From an uncultured Sangeribacter sp. (GTDB taxonomy: Bacteria; Bacteroidota; Bacteroidia; Bacteroidales; Muribaculaceae): a stretch of 47,853 nucleotides of DNA. This document shows positions 39,014 to 47,780 of this stretch, one piece after another (the first letter of the stretch is position 1; every line of letters starts with the position of its first letter). Made by a program: the position numbers and the translations under genes. The DNA is taken from assembly GCA_964622105.1 (NCBI GenBank), contig CAZUNU010000003.1, positions 1 to 47,853 of the forward strand, written 5' to 3'. The notes below the pieces were generated by a model. The model worked only from the letters and a program-made list of their open reading frames with translations, was not told the DNA's origin and searched no databases.

Positions 39014-39970
39014 ATGAAAATCGTTGTTTTGGATGGCTACGGGATGAATCCCGGTGATCTTTCTTGGGAAGGTCTTGAAAAGTTGGGAGATGTTACTGTT
39101 TATGACAGGACCTCTCCAGGTGAAGTTATAAGACGTGCGGAAGGAGCCGAAATATTGCTTACAAATAAGACGGAGCTCGACCGTCAGACTATTGACCATT
39201 TGCCGGAGCTAAGATATATCGGTGTACTCGCTACAGGCTATAACGTGGTTGACACACAAGCTGCACGACAAAAAGGAATAGTCGTAACCAACATACCATC
39301 TTACAGCACGGCTTCCGTGGCTCAGATGGTCTTTGCCCTTCTCCTTGCAGTCACCAACGGTGTTGCGCATTATACTTCTGATAATCGCGCCGGACGCTGG
39401 AGTAATAACGCGGATTTCTGTTATTGGGATGAACCTCTGACAGAACTTGCAGGAAAAACATTCGGCATAATAGGTTTTGGGCATATCGGCAGTAAGGTTG
39501 CTTCAATTGCTCTTGCTTTCGGTATGAAAGTAATGGCTTTATCTTCAAAATCATCCGGAGATCTGCCGGAAAGGGTCGTTAAGGCTGAAAACCTTGATGA
39601 AATTTTGGCAGAGAGCGATGTGCTTTCGCTCCATTGCCCTCTTACTGAGACTACGAAATATCTTATCAATGCGGAAACCTTATCCAAGATGAAGTCTTCT
39701 GCAGTTCTCATCAATACAGGACGCGGACCCCTGGTAGATGAAAAAGCGCTTGCGGATGCTCTCAATAAAGGAGCTTTGCGTGGCGCCGGTGTTGACGTTC
39801 TTTCATGCGAGCCCCCTACGATTGATAACCCACTGCTTTATGCCAGAAACTGCTTCACGACTCCTCATCTTGGGTGGGCTACAGTTGAGGCTCGTAAGCG
39901 CTTGATGGATATTGCAGTGGCTAACGTTGCTAACTTCATTGAGGGGACACCAACTAACCTCGTGAACTGA
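39014..39970 (+). CDS. D-2-hydroxyacid dehydrogenase (glycerate dehydrogenase/hydroxypyruvate reductase-like)
   Basis: Start MKIVVLDG at 39014; GIIGFGHIG, LHCPLT, INTGRG, DVLSCEP, TPHLGW. Confidence 0.9.
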   Translation: MKIVVLDGYGMNPGDLSWEGLEKLGDVTVYDRTSPGEVIRRAEGAEILLTNKTELDRQTIDHLPELRYIGVLATGYNVVDTQAARQKGIVVTNIPSYSTASVAQMVFALLLAVTNGVAHYTSDNRAGRWSNNADFCYWDEPLTELAGKTFGIIGFGHIGSKVASIALAFGMKVMALSSKSSGDLPERVVKAENLDEILAESDVLSLHCPLTETTKYLINAETLSKMKSSAVLINTGRGPLVDEKALADALNKGALRGAGVDVLSCEPPTIDNPLLYARNCFTTPHLGWATVEARKRLMDIAVANVANFIEGTPTNLVN

Positions 39971-40123
39971 ACACAGCTTTTTCGATCAAAAAACTGATGT
40001 TTAAAATCCAAAATTAGATAAATCAAGCGTTAACCGAAGCCAAATAACAACGTTGAAGTTAAATAAACGCTGTAATTTACCGTTTCTTACTTGCGAGATA
40101 TGTTGTCTTGCAGATGACTTCAA

Positions 40124-41023
40124 ATGTTCAACATGAGGGAAACGAAAAGCTATGAAGTAGGAGGCCATAGGTTTAGAGTAACTGCTGACAGTGAAATTTG
40201 GAAGCATATGGACAACTATGAGCCGTTCATAGTGGAAGATGATTCTCATGCTCAGATTTCTTTTACTCTTGCTATCCACTCCGGAGATGTGCCTGATTAT
40301 ACTGAGTTGATGAAACAGGAAGAGGATGGGCAAACGATTGTTTATGGCAAGACGGAGGAGACTTTACCTGTTTTCGAATTCAGATTTCATGAAGTCTCGG
40401 CCGGATGTCTTGTTTGTTCGGAGAATTATAAGGAGGGTCAACTGATAACCGTTGGATCTTTCAACAAGACAGCCATTGACAATGCCTTGATGATCATGTT
40501 TTCATCATCTACGGCCGAAAAGCACACAGTCTTGTTTCATGCAGCAGCGGTAAGTTATGAAGGTGCCGGATACATGTTTATCGGTGTGAGCGGGACAGGC
40601 AAGAGCACCCATGCCCGCTTATGGTTGCAAAACATCAGCGGAGCGGAGTTGGTGAATGATGACAATCCGGTTGTAAGGATAGGAGATGATGAAGAGGCGA
40701 GAGTCTACGGAAGTCCTTGGAGCGGAAAGACGCCTTGTTATAAAAATGTAAGCTTCCCATTGAAAGGCATAATCTTGTTAAGACAGTCTCCTTTCAACAA
40801 GATTTGTCGTCTTACGGGTCTGCGGGCATATGCCACGATTCTACCGAGTATAGGTGGCATCCGTTGGGACAAGAGGATAGGAGACGGGTTACATTCAACA
40901 GAGTCAGGGTTGACAAAAGATGTACCTGTCTGGCTTATAGAATGTCGTCCTGATCGGGAGGCTGCTGAGATTTGTTGTGCCACAACATCTGGAAAAAACC
41001 ATGACAGATCGAGAAATTATTGA
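40124..41023 (+). CDS. HPr-kinase-like P-loop protein (putative peptide kinase)
   Basis: FHAAAV, Walker A GVSGTGKST, LVNDD, YGSPWSGK; the H...GxSGxGKS...DD order is the HprK/PEPCK fold signature. Confidence 0.75.
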   Translation: MFNMRETKSYEVGGHRFRVTADSEIWKHMDNYEPFIVEDDSHAQISFTLAIHSGDVPDYTELMKQEEDGQTIVYGKTEETLPVFEFRFHEVSAGCLVCSENYKEGQLITVGSFNKTAIDNALMIMFSSSTAEKHTVLFHAAAVSYEGAGYMFIGVSGTGKSTHARLWLQNISGAELVNDDNPVVRIGDDEEARVYGSPWSGKTPCYKNVSFPLKGIILLRQSPFNKICRLTGLRAYATILPSIGGIRWDKRIGDGLHSTESGLTKDVPVWLIECRPDREAAEICCATTSGKNHDRSRNY

Positions 41024-41429
41024 GGAAGCGTTGAAGCTGGTGTCAACCGATGTAAGTGTAACTATGCCTGTATCTGGCAGAAGCATGTTGCCGTTCATTG
41101 TCGGGGGACGAGACAGCGTAATTCTTCAAAATCCTGCGGGTCTTAAAAAGGGAGATATAGTGTTGGCTTGGGTTGAAGGCAACCGTTATGTTCTGCACCG
41201 TATTATCCGCTTGGAAGGGGATGACGTTGTTTTGATGGGAGATGGCAATTTGAAGGCAGTGGAGTCATGCAAGGTAAGAGATGTTAAGGCGATTGCCTGT
41301 TATGTGGTCAATGGTAAAACGAACCGTAAACATTATCTTTACGGCCGGAAAATGATCATTCTGGCGAAATGTTGGGGTCGGTTGATTCCATTCAGAAAAT
41401 ACTTATTGGCATTATATAGTAGAATATGA
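41001..41429 (+). CDS. Soluble S24/S26 family serine peptidase
   Basis: ATG at 41001; VSGRSMLP (catalytic Ser), GDIVL, LHRI, MGDGN; no N-terminal TM segment. Confidence 0.8.
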   Translation: MTDREIIEEALKLVSTDVSVTMPVSGRSMLPFIVGGRDSVILQNPAGLKKGDIVLAWVEGNRYVLHRIIRLEGDDVVLMGDGNLKAVESCKVRDVKAIACYVVNGKTNRKHYLYGRKMIILAKCWGRLIPFRKYLLALYSRI

Positions 41430-41704
41430 GAATAAAAGAAGGATTTGTGCTACGCGATGTATGTGGCGAAACAGTTATTGTAGGTGAAGGACTTGAGGCC
41501 GTCAACTTCGGTAAGCTAATAGTTCTGAATGAGACCGCTGCATGGCTTTGGAAAGAGGCCAAGGGGATGGGTAATTTTTCTTTAGATTCTCTAACTGAGC
41601 GTCTTTGTGAAGAATTTGATGTATCACATGATGTAGCCGCAACCGATATCTCAACGATCGTAAATAAATGGAGGGATCTTAATGTCATAGAAGAGCAATG
41701 TTAA
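41426..41704 (+). CDS. PqqD family protein / RiPP recognition element (RRE)
   Basis: 92 aa; three beta strands, LNETAAWLW, LCEEFDVS...AATDI helices. Confidence 0.88.
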   Translation: MRIKEGFVLRDVCGETVIVGEGLEAVNFGKLIVLNETAAWLWKEAKGMGNFSLDSLTERLCEEFDVSHDVAATDISTIVNKWRDLNVIEEQC

Positions 41705-41776
41705 ATATATCTTTCTTCTAATTGATACAGATCTGAATATATCAGTTGTTATAGTGAAATTCTCTTCTCAATTTAT

Positions 41777-41784
41777 TAATTTTG
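41777..41784 (+). promoter_or_regulatory. -7 promoter element directly upstream of the small peptide ORF
   Basis: TAATTTTG matches TAnnTTTG, 17 nt before ATG 41802; no clear -33 element. Confidence 0.55.
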
Positions 41785-41810
41785 TATATTTAAACAAAGA
41801 CATGACAGAT

Positions 41811-41933
41811 ATGAACGAGACAAAAATTAAGAAGCCATACGTAAAACCGGAAATTGAAATTCTGAATCTTGAACTTGATCAGCCGATTCTCACCGGAAGT
41901 TATGATTTTGGTGATGGCGGATATTGGGGATAA
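41811..41933 (+). CDS. Putative RiPP precursor peptide, 40 aa (43 aa from the in-frame ATG at 41802)
   Basis: Manual translation MNETKIKKPYVKPEIEILNLELDQPILTGSYDFGDGGYWG*; YxxP leader motif; next to the RRE gene; below the ORF-track length cutoff. Confidence 0.8.
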   Translation: MNETKIKKPYVKPEIEILNLELDQPILTGSYDFGDGGYWG

Positions 41934-41969
41934 CAAAATATTTTAGGGAAAACTAACCACATTATTGAA

Positions 41970-43169
41970 ATGAAGATAAGACATATTTTGCCTGTTCTTC
42001 CGATGATTTTTGCAATATTTGGATGTCAGTCGGATGAACAGCAGAAAGAACTTATTCCGGAAAACCGGATAAGAGTTAAGGTATCTTTACCGGAGTCGGA
42101 AACTACCCGAGCCATAATAGAATATGGAGGAACAGACCGGAATGGAGAAGCTTTTAAGTGGACAGATGAGGATTGTATCTCTATTTTCAATTTATCCAAA
42201 TTCTCAGAATTTCATCAGTCTCATGATGCTCCCATCTTAGTTATTGACAAAGAAAAAATTAATGGGACAAAAGCAGAATTTATTTTTATTCCGGATTCTG
42301 ATGAGGAGAAAGCGAATGGCGAACTTTTCTTCTCAGAATTAAAATCTGGAGATTATCTTCTGGCTATGCTCGGAGCAGCAAACGCTAAGGAACTTACAGA
42401 AGGATTTGAGGCAAATAATCTTTTTTCATTCTTTGCTGGAAGCACATTTTATGATCAAAAGATAAGAGAGGACATTAATTCACCTTTAGTCTTAAATCAT
42501 GTTAACAAGATGCTCAGAATGTATGATATTGTACGCATTACTGAGGATGGTAAACTTCCGGATTTTCATTTCAAGCATTTGTCTTCAATATTTAGGGTCA
42601 CTTTGAGAAATGAAACCGGTGCACCATTTTTTACCAAACCAACTGATTTGGTATTCGAATATCCAACGGGTGATGATTGTGCATTTGTTTTGGGATTCTG
42701 TTTCTTTTCGGTGGAAGGGAATGAGGAGGAAGGTTTTTATTTGAGAGAAAATTTTAAAAAACAGGAACCAAATAACCCACTCAATACAATCAAAACGGAA
42801 GAAACGATGTTTCTTGATAGCAAAGCGACTCACAAGATAAACGAAAATGGAGGTTTAGCTCTGAATGTTGGCGAAACCTATGAATTTTATTCCGTCGTAG
42901 TACCAAGATTACAGGCAAAAGACAGGCCCGTTGGCGATAAGTTCATAATCAATCTTTATAATGGAGTGGAATCCGGGTATACTGCGCATCTTGAAGGGAG
43001 TGAAAAATACTCCATAACCATTGACAATTTTAACAAGCAGATTGAGCCGGGCAAACGGTATTGGTTTAACTTGACAGCAGTCAAGGAGGATGACGGCGAG
43101 ACCAAGCTGATGTTTACATCACAATGGGAGGCACTCCAGAACCAGAAAGAACAAAATCAAGAAAATTGA
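41970..43169 (+). CDS. Fimbrillin/type V pilin-like lipoprotein
   Basis: IFGC lipobox, ETTRA (Arg processing-site-like), WTDEDCISIF, FKHLSSIFRVTL, C-terminal IEPGKRYWFNLT strand. Confidence 0.6.
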   Translation: MKIRHILPVLPMIFAIFGCQSDEQQKELIPENRIRVKVSLPESETTRAIIEYGGTDRNGEAFKWTDEDCISIFNLSKFSEFHQSHDAPILVIDKEKINGTKAEFIFIPDSDEEKANGELFFSELKSGDYLLAMLGAANAKELTEGFEANNLFSFFAGSTFYDQKIREDINSPLVLNHVNKMLRMYDIVRITEDGKLPDFHFKHLSSIFRVTLRNETGAPFFTKPTDLVFEYPTGDDCAFVLGFCFFSVEGNEEEGFYLRENFKKQEPNNPLNTIKTEETMFLDSKATHKINENGGLALNVGETYEFYSVVVPRLQAKDRPVGDKFIINLYNGVESGYTAHLEGSEKYSITIDNFNKQIEPGKRYWFNLTAVKEDDGETKLMFTSQWEALQNQKEQNQEN

Positions 43170-43262
43170 TTTTGTTTAATGCCGCTTATTGAGAGTCATA
43201 AGAAGTTGTCTTGAAAAGTTTTGGTGGATTGGCTACATATTTTGAGCCTATTCAATAAATAG

Positions 43263-43314
43263 AGCTGTCTGAAAAGAAGCCGATGGATTCTGCTTCTTTT
43301 CAGACAGCTTTTTT
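43263..43314 (+). terminator. Strong Rho-independent terminator
   Basis: 18-bp perfect stem AGCTGTCTGAAAAGAAGC/GCTTCTTTTCAGACAGCT plus T-run. Confidence 0.85.
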
Positions 43315-43378
43315 GATGAGCTTATGATCTCTCTCGCATGATAATAAATGGTCGGAACTTACCGTTTTATCAATATCA

Positions 43379-44485
43379 ATGAAACAACTTTTTGAATTGG
43401 TCAGAGCTGCCCTATGGCAACGACCGGTAGACCTTTCATATTTTCAAGATGAGTCCTTGGATTGGGACGAAATCGGTAAGATTTCAAAGCAACAGACCGT
43501 TGCTGCTTTGGTGTATTCTTCAGTCTTGACTTTACCTATTGAATACCGCCCTCCTAAAGAATGGATATATAAAGCTTATGCTTTCTTGGAACGCAATCGT
43601 TTTACCCATTCACTTCTTGACAAGACTGTGGCGGAGGTAACTTCTAAGTTGAAGAAATCAGGTATTTCGACAGTGCTTCTCAAAGGTCAGGCTTATGCTC
43701 ATGTGTATCCCAGGCCTGAATTGAGGCAGTGTGGAGATATAGATCTTTATGTTGGTGAAGACAAATTTCATGAAGCTTATTCTGCAGCGAAAGCGATAGG
43801 CTGCGACTGTATGGAACCTTTTGTGTCAGATGCCAAGCATTATGGTTGTTTTCTTAATAATGTAAGAATTGAGCTTCATAGAATAGCCGGCGTGCTCCCT
43901 TCCCGATCAGCGAGTAGCCGTTTTAATAGTTGGAGCAGACAACAATTGAATTCAGGGCATCTTATTAATATTGACGGAGTCGCGGTTACTGTTCCTCCTC
44001 CAATGTTTGATGTGGTTTTTGTATTCCTGCACCTGTATAATCATTTCATCTCCGGCGGAATAGGTCTTAGACATGTCTGCGATTGGGTAATGCTTCTCCA
44101 TAGGCATTGTAATAAGATTGACCGTGAGGAACTGGAGAAATTGCTCAGAGAATTTAATTTAACACGGGGATGGCGTTTCTTCACGCCAATAGCCGTGACA
44201 TATCTGGGATTGCCGGAAAGTGAATGTCCTCTATATTCTCCTGAATATAAAAGAGAAGCTGAAAAGATATTGGCATTTATGATGAAGGAGGGGAATTTTG
44301 GAAAAGCCCGCAGGAAGAGTGCGGATGTACCGAAGACATATCTTGCGAGAAAATTATACTCTCTCCGACTGTACACAGGTAGAATATCTTGCAAGTTGTG
44401 GGTAGATCCGAAAATGGTTGCGATCCAATACGGTAAATATGTAAGGCAAGGAATAAAAAGAGTAATTGAGGATTTTATCAGATGA
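43379..44485 (+). CDS. Nucleotidyltransferase family protein (NTP_transf_5-like)
   Basis: VLLKG...YPRPELRQCGDIDLYV, IELH, HLYNHF...GIGLRHVCDW. Confidence 0.85.
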   Translation: MKQLFELVRAALWQRPVDLSYFQDESLDWDEIGKISKQQTVAALVYSSVLTLPIEYRPPKEWIYKAYAFLERNRFTHSLLDKTVAEVTSKLKKSGISTVLLKGQAYAHVYPRPELRQCGDIDLYVGEDKFHEAYSAAKAIGCDCMEPFVSDAKHYGCFLNNVRIELHRIAGVLPSRSASSRFNSWSRQQLNSGHLINIDGVAVTVPPPMFDVVFVFLHLYNHFISGGIGLRHVCDWVMLLHRHCNKIDREELEKLLREFNLTRGWRFFTPIAVTYLGLPESECPLYSPEYKREAEKILAFMMKEGNFGKARRKSADVPKTYLARKLYSLRLYTGRISCKLWVDPKMVAIQYGKYVRQGIKRVIEDFIR

Positions 44486-46131
44486 TTCGTTATATTTTGG
44501 AGATGACCCGCGGATTCCGTTTGCGAATAGCCATCAGCGCTTCGGCAGGCATCATACGGGTATTGATAGGATTAGGTTTCGTAGCACTCAGCAAACGTGC
44601 TGTTGATATAGCCACCGGAGTTGCAGATGGCAATCTGATGTTGTACGTGACAGGAATGATACTTGCCATAGCTATAGAATTGACATGTTCAGCCGTGGGA
44701 AACCGTACAATGGATCTCTCGGAGGCTAAAATGAGAAACCTGATCCAGCAGATTATCTTCGGAAAAGTACTCAACGCAGAATGGAACGGTAGGGAAACGT
44801 TTCATTCCGGCGACGTGCTTTCGCGACTTACAGAAGATAGCAGGGTAGCGGCTGAATGTCTGTGCCGGACCATACCGACTGTTCTGATTGCAGTGTCGCA
44901 ATTTATAGGAGCTTTCATTTTCTTATGTTATTTCAGCCCGTTGCTCGCTGTGATCATTGCTGTGATCATGCCGCTGTTTATCATTTCAGGAAGAGCTTTC
45001 TTCCGCAGGACAAAGTTGCTTACAAGAAGGCTGCGTGGCATTGAGAGCAGAATGCAGGAGAGGATGCAGGAAAGCCTCCAATACCGCATTCTTCTGCTCA
45101 CGTGTAATTATACGTCACGCATCATGGATGCAATCTCAGCCCAACTTACGGCAAGATACTCGGTCGTAAGAAAGCGTTCAAATCTTACGGTTTTGTCACG
45201 TAGCGCGGTGATAGCAGGGTTTCAGTCAGGATATCTTGCAGCTTTTCTGTGGGGTATTTCCGGCCTCCGCAACGGCACTATCACATTCGGCATGATGACG
45301 GCTTATCTGCAGCTGGCGGGACAGATCCAACGTCCATTGGCTGAGTTGGCGCGTTTATTCCCCGGACTTATCCAATCTCATACGGCCTTCTCGCGTCTTG
45401 CTGAAATAGATAATACTACTGTTGAGAAGGAAACATCCCAAGAGGAAACAGAAGATTCAAAAACCCCTATGGACGTTATTTTCAAAGATGTAACATTTAC
45501 ATATCCGGGGAGCGGAAAAGTAATTCTTGATAAATTCAATTACATCTTCCCGGCAGGTAGCTGTACAGCCATCATAGGGGAGACGGGTGTTGGGAAGAGT
45601 ACATTGCTCAGGCTAATACTGGGCCTCCTGAAGCCACAGAAAGGAGATGTTGAATTAATCAGTACGGTTGAAGGGGAATGCAAGGAGACACCGGTGTCTT
45701 CGTCAACCCGCCAAAACATAGTATATGTACCTCAGGGCAACAGTTTACTGAGCGGAACCATACGCCGGAATCTTTTGATAGGCAAGCCTGATGCTTCGGA
45801 AGAGGAATTGAGAGAGGCTCTTCATACGGCAGTCGCAGATTTTGTTTTCGATCTGAAATTCGGACTTGAGACTCCTTGCGGTGAACATGGCGATGGTCTG
45901 AGCGAAGGCCAGGCACAACGTATAGCCATAGCCCGTGGACTACTGCGCTCCGGAGCAATACTGCTTCTTGATGAAATAAGTGCTTCGCTCGATGAGTCAA
46001 CGGAAAAACAGCTGATGGAGCGTCTTAACGAGAGAAAAGGGAATCACACTATCCTGATGATCACTCACCGCGCAAGCCTACTTCCGTATTGCGACAACAT
46101 CCTCAGGCTTCCTGCAACTGACCGGGAATAA
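44482..46131 (+). CDS. ABC exporter (fused TMD plus NBD, no C39 peptidase domain)
   Basis: TM helices, SGDVLSRL, GETGVGKST, YVPQ, LSEGQAQR, LLLDE, ITHR; ATGA overlap with the nucleotidyltransferase gene. Confidence 0.9.
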   Translation: MIRYILEMTRGFRLRIAISASAGIIRVLIGLGFVALSKRAVDIATGVADGNLMLYVTGMILAIAIELTCSAVGNRTMDLSEAKMRNLIQQIIFGKVLNAEWNGRETFHSGDVLSRLTEDSRVAAECLCRTIPTVLIAVSQFIGAFIFLCYFSPLLAVIIAVIMPLFIISGRAFFRRTKLLTRRLRGIESRMQERMQESLQYRILLLTCNYTSRIMDAISAQLTARYSVVRKRSNLTVLSRSAVIAGFQSGYLAAFLWGISGLRNGTITFGMMTAYLQLAGQIQRPLAELARLFPGLIQSHTAFSRLAEIDNTTVEKETSQEETEDSKTPMDVIFKDVTFTYPGSGKVILDKFNYIFPAGSCTAIIGETGVGKSTLLRLILGLLKPQKGDVELISTVEGECKETPVSSSTRQNIVYVPQGNSLLSGTIRRNLLIGKPDASEEELREALHTAVADFVFDLKFGLETPCGEHGDGLSEGQAQRIAIARGLLRSGAILLLDEISASLDESTEKQLMERLNERKGNHTILMITHRASLLPYCDNILRLPATDRE

Positions 46132-46145
46132 TATAATTTTATTGA

Positions 46146-47138
46146 TTATTCAAGACAATTTTCGCAATCACAATTGTCTTTTCTGGTCTCAACTTCAATT
46201 GTGCAGTGCTGAATGTTGAATCCTTCCATTGATTCACGAATATTGTGAATCACTTTATCTACCATACTCAAATCTGTCACGATTACATGTGTGGTCATTG
46301 CCGTTACTGTGGTGCTTAACGGCCATATGTGAAGATGATGCACATCCCTTACATCAGGGGTGGCTGCTATTGCCTGCTTTACTTCATTGTAGTCGATACC
46401 TTCCGGCACACCGTCCATGGTCATTCGGAAGCACTCTACAAGAAGATCTTTTGAAGTGATAGCTATGAACACAGCAATCAAGATACCTACTATGGGGTCG
46501 ATAAGATACCAATCCGTAAAATGGATCACAATACCGGACACAACCACTCCTACCGATACTAATGCGTCGGCAGCCATATGCATGAAAGCACCTTTTACGT
46601 TGAGATCCTTATCTTTCTTGGAGAGGAATAACCATGCTGTGATGCCATTGACCACAACTCCAATTGCCGCTACCCATGCTATGGCATCACCATCCACTGC
46701 AGCAGGATGGGCAATCTTGCGTATGCTCTCCAAAAGAATGGCGCCAACGGCAATGCATAAGAGAATTGCATTTGTCAATGAGGCCTGCACAGTCAGCTTA
46801 CGGTAACCGTAAGTGAATTTCTGAGTGGCGGCTTTCTGTGCCATCTTGAAAGCTATGAGGGAAATAGCTAAAGAAGCTACATCACTGAGGTTGTGACCGG
46901 CATCCGAGAGGAGACTCATGGAATTGTAGATGAAACCGCAGGTTGCCTCAGCAACTACATAAATAATGTTTATCGCTATGCCGATTATGAAAGCTTTATT
47001 AAGGGAATCCACCTCAACATGATGGTGATGATGCCCATGCTCGTGGTGGTTATGGTGATCATGATCGTGGTGGTTATGGTGGTCATGATCGGCATGTTGA
47101 TTTTTTTCGGGTTCGGTATCTGAACTGTTATGAAGCAT
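46146..47138 (-). CDS. czcD: Cation diffusion facilitator (Zn/Co/Cd exporter, CzcD-like)
   Basis: His-rich N-terminus, SDAGHNLSD, FTYGY, HMAAD, HHLHIW, HCTIEVE. Confidence 0.88.
   Translation of the reverse strand: MLHNSSDTEPEKNQHADHDHHNHHDHDHHNHHEHGHHHHHVEVDSLNKAFIIGIAINIIYVVAEATCGFIYNSMSLLSDAGHNLSDVASLAISLIAFKMAQKAATQKFTYGYRKLTVQASLTNAILLCIAVGAILLESIRKIAHPAAVDGDAIAWVAAIGVVVNGITAWLFLSKKDKDLNVKGAFMHMAADALVSVGVVVSGIVIHFTDWYLIDPIVGILIAVFIAITSKDLLVECFRMTMDGVPEGIDYNEVKQAIAATPDVRDVHHLHIWPLSTTVTAMTTHVIVTDLSMVDKVIHNIRESMEGFNIQHCTIEVETRKDNCDCENCLE
47041..47088 (-). repeat. 24-bp tandem duplication encoding the His-rich tract
   Basis: TCGTGGTGGTTATGGTG(A/G)TCATGA twice, 23/24 identical. Confidence 0.85.
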
Positions 47139-47260
47139 ATAGATTAGTATCTTTAGTTATAAGTATGTAATGAAAGAACAATCCCATTGGTAGGATGTTT
47201 AGCAAATTTTATTATTTCTTACCTAATTCTCATGTCCAACAAGATTCACCCAATAACAGG

Positions 47261-47305
47261 AAAAGACCTTGAGGAATCGTTTTAAGTTCTCCTCAAGGTC
47301 TTTTT
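47261..47305. terminator. Terminator downstream of crcB
   Basis: 15-bp stem AAAAGACCTTGAGGA/TCCTCAAGGTCTTTT. Confidence 0.75.
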
Positions 47306-47408
47306 CGTAAGTTTTAACAACTTGGAGTTGAAATATTGTTGGCTTAAGCATCGGCTGAGTTATTAAAATTATTATCAGCACAGTGCAAAAAATCTGCAGA
47401 TTGATGAA

Positions 47409-47780
47409 TCAGGCCACGCATTTGATACCGAGCCATACCATCAGAAGACCAAGGGCTACTGAAGGCACAATATAACAGATGAATTTCCACCATTCACCTT
47501 TCTGAATCATGGCGAAACTGTCATGGCTGAATGAAGAGAATGTAGTGAAACCACCACAGAATCCTGAAATAAGGAGTGCATTCACCAGAGGGCTCATATC
47601 ATGTCGGGTCCAGAGACCGACAAAAATACCGATGATAAAACATCCGATTACGTTGACTGCAAATGTACCGGCAGGATATTTATCGCTAAAAAGTTTCTTT
47701 CCTGCCACTCCGGTAAGATAACGTCCGCAGGTTCCGGCAAAACCACCTAACCCTGCAATTAGCATATATTCGATAATCAT
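47409..47780 (-). CDS. crcB: Fluoride efflux channel CrcB/FluC
   Basis: GGFAGTCGRY, GTFAVN, GFCGGFTTFSSF. Confidence 0.95.
   Translation of the reverse strand: MIIEYMLIAGLGGFAGTCGRYLTGVAGKKLFSDKYPAGTFAVNVIGCFIIGIFVGLWTRHDMSPLVNALLISGFCGGFTTFSSFSHDSFAMIQKGEWWKFICYIVPSVALGLLMVWLGIKCVA

Noticed and set aside
40124-46131. Calling the cluster a lasso peptide or PQQ biosynthesis locus
   Set aside because: There is no lasso cyclase or B2 protease, no acceptor Asp/Glu at core positions 7-9 under Thr(-2) cleavage, no pqqB/C/E and no PqqA ExxxY motif.
39971-46145. Mobile element origin for the RiPP-like cluster
   Set aside because: No integrase, transposase, tRNA or flanking direct repeats were found.
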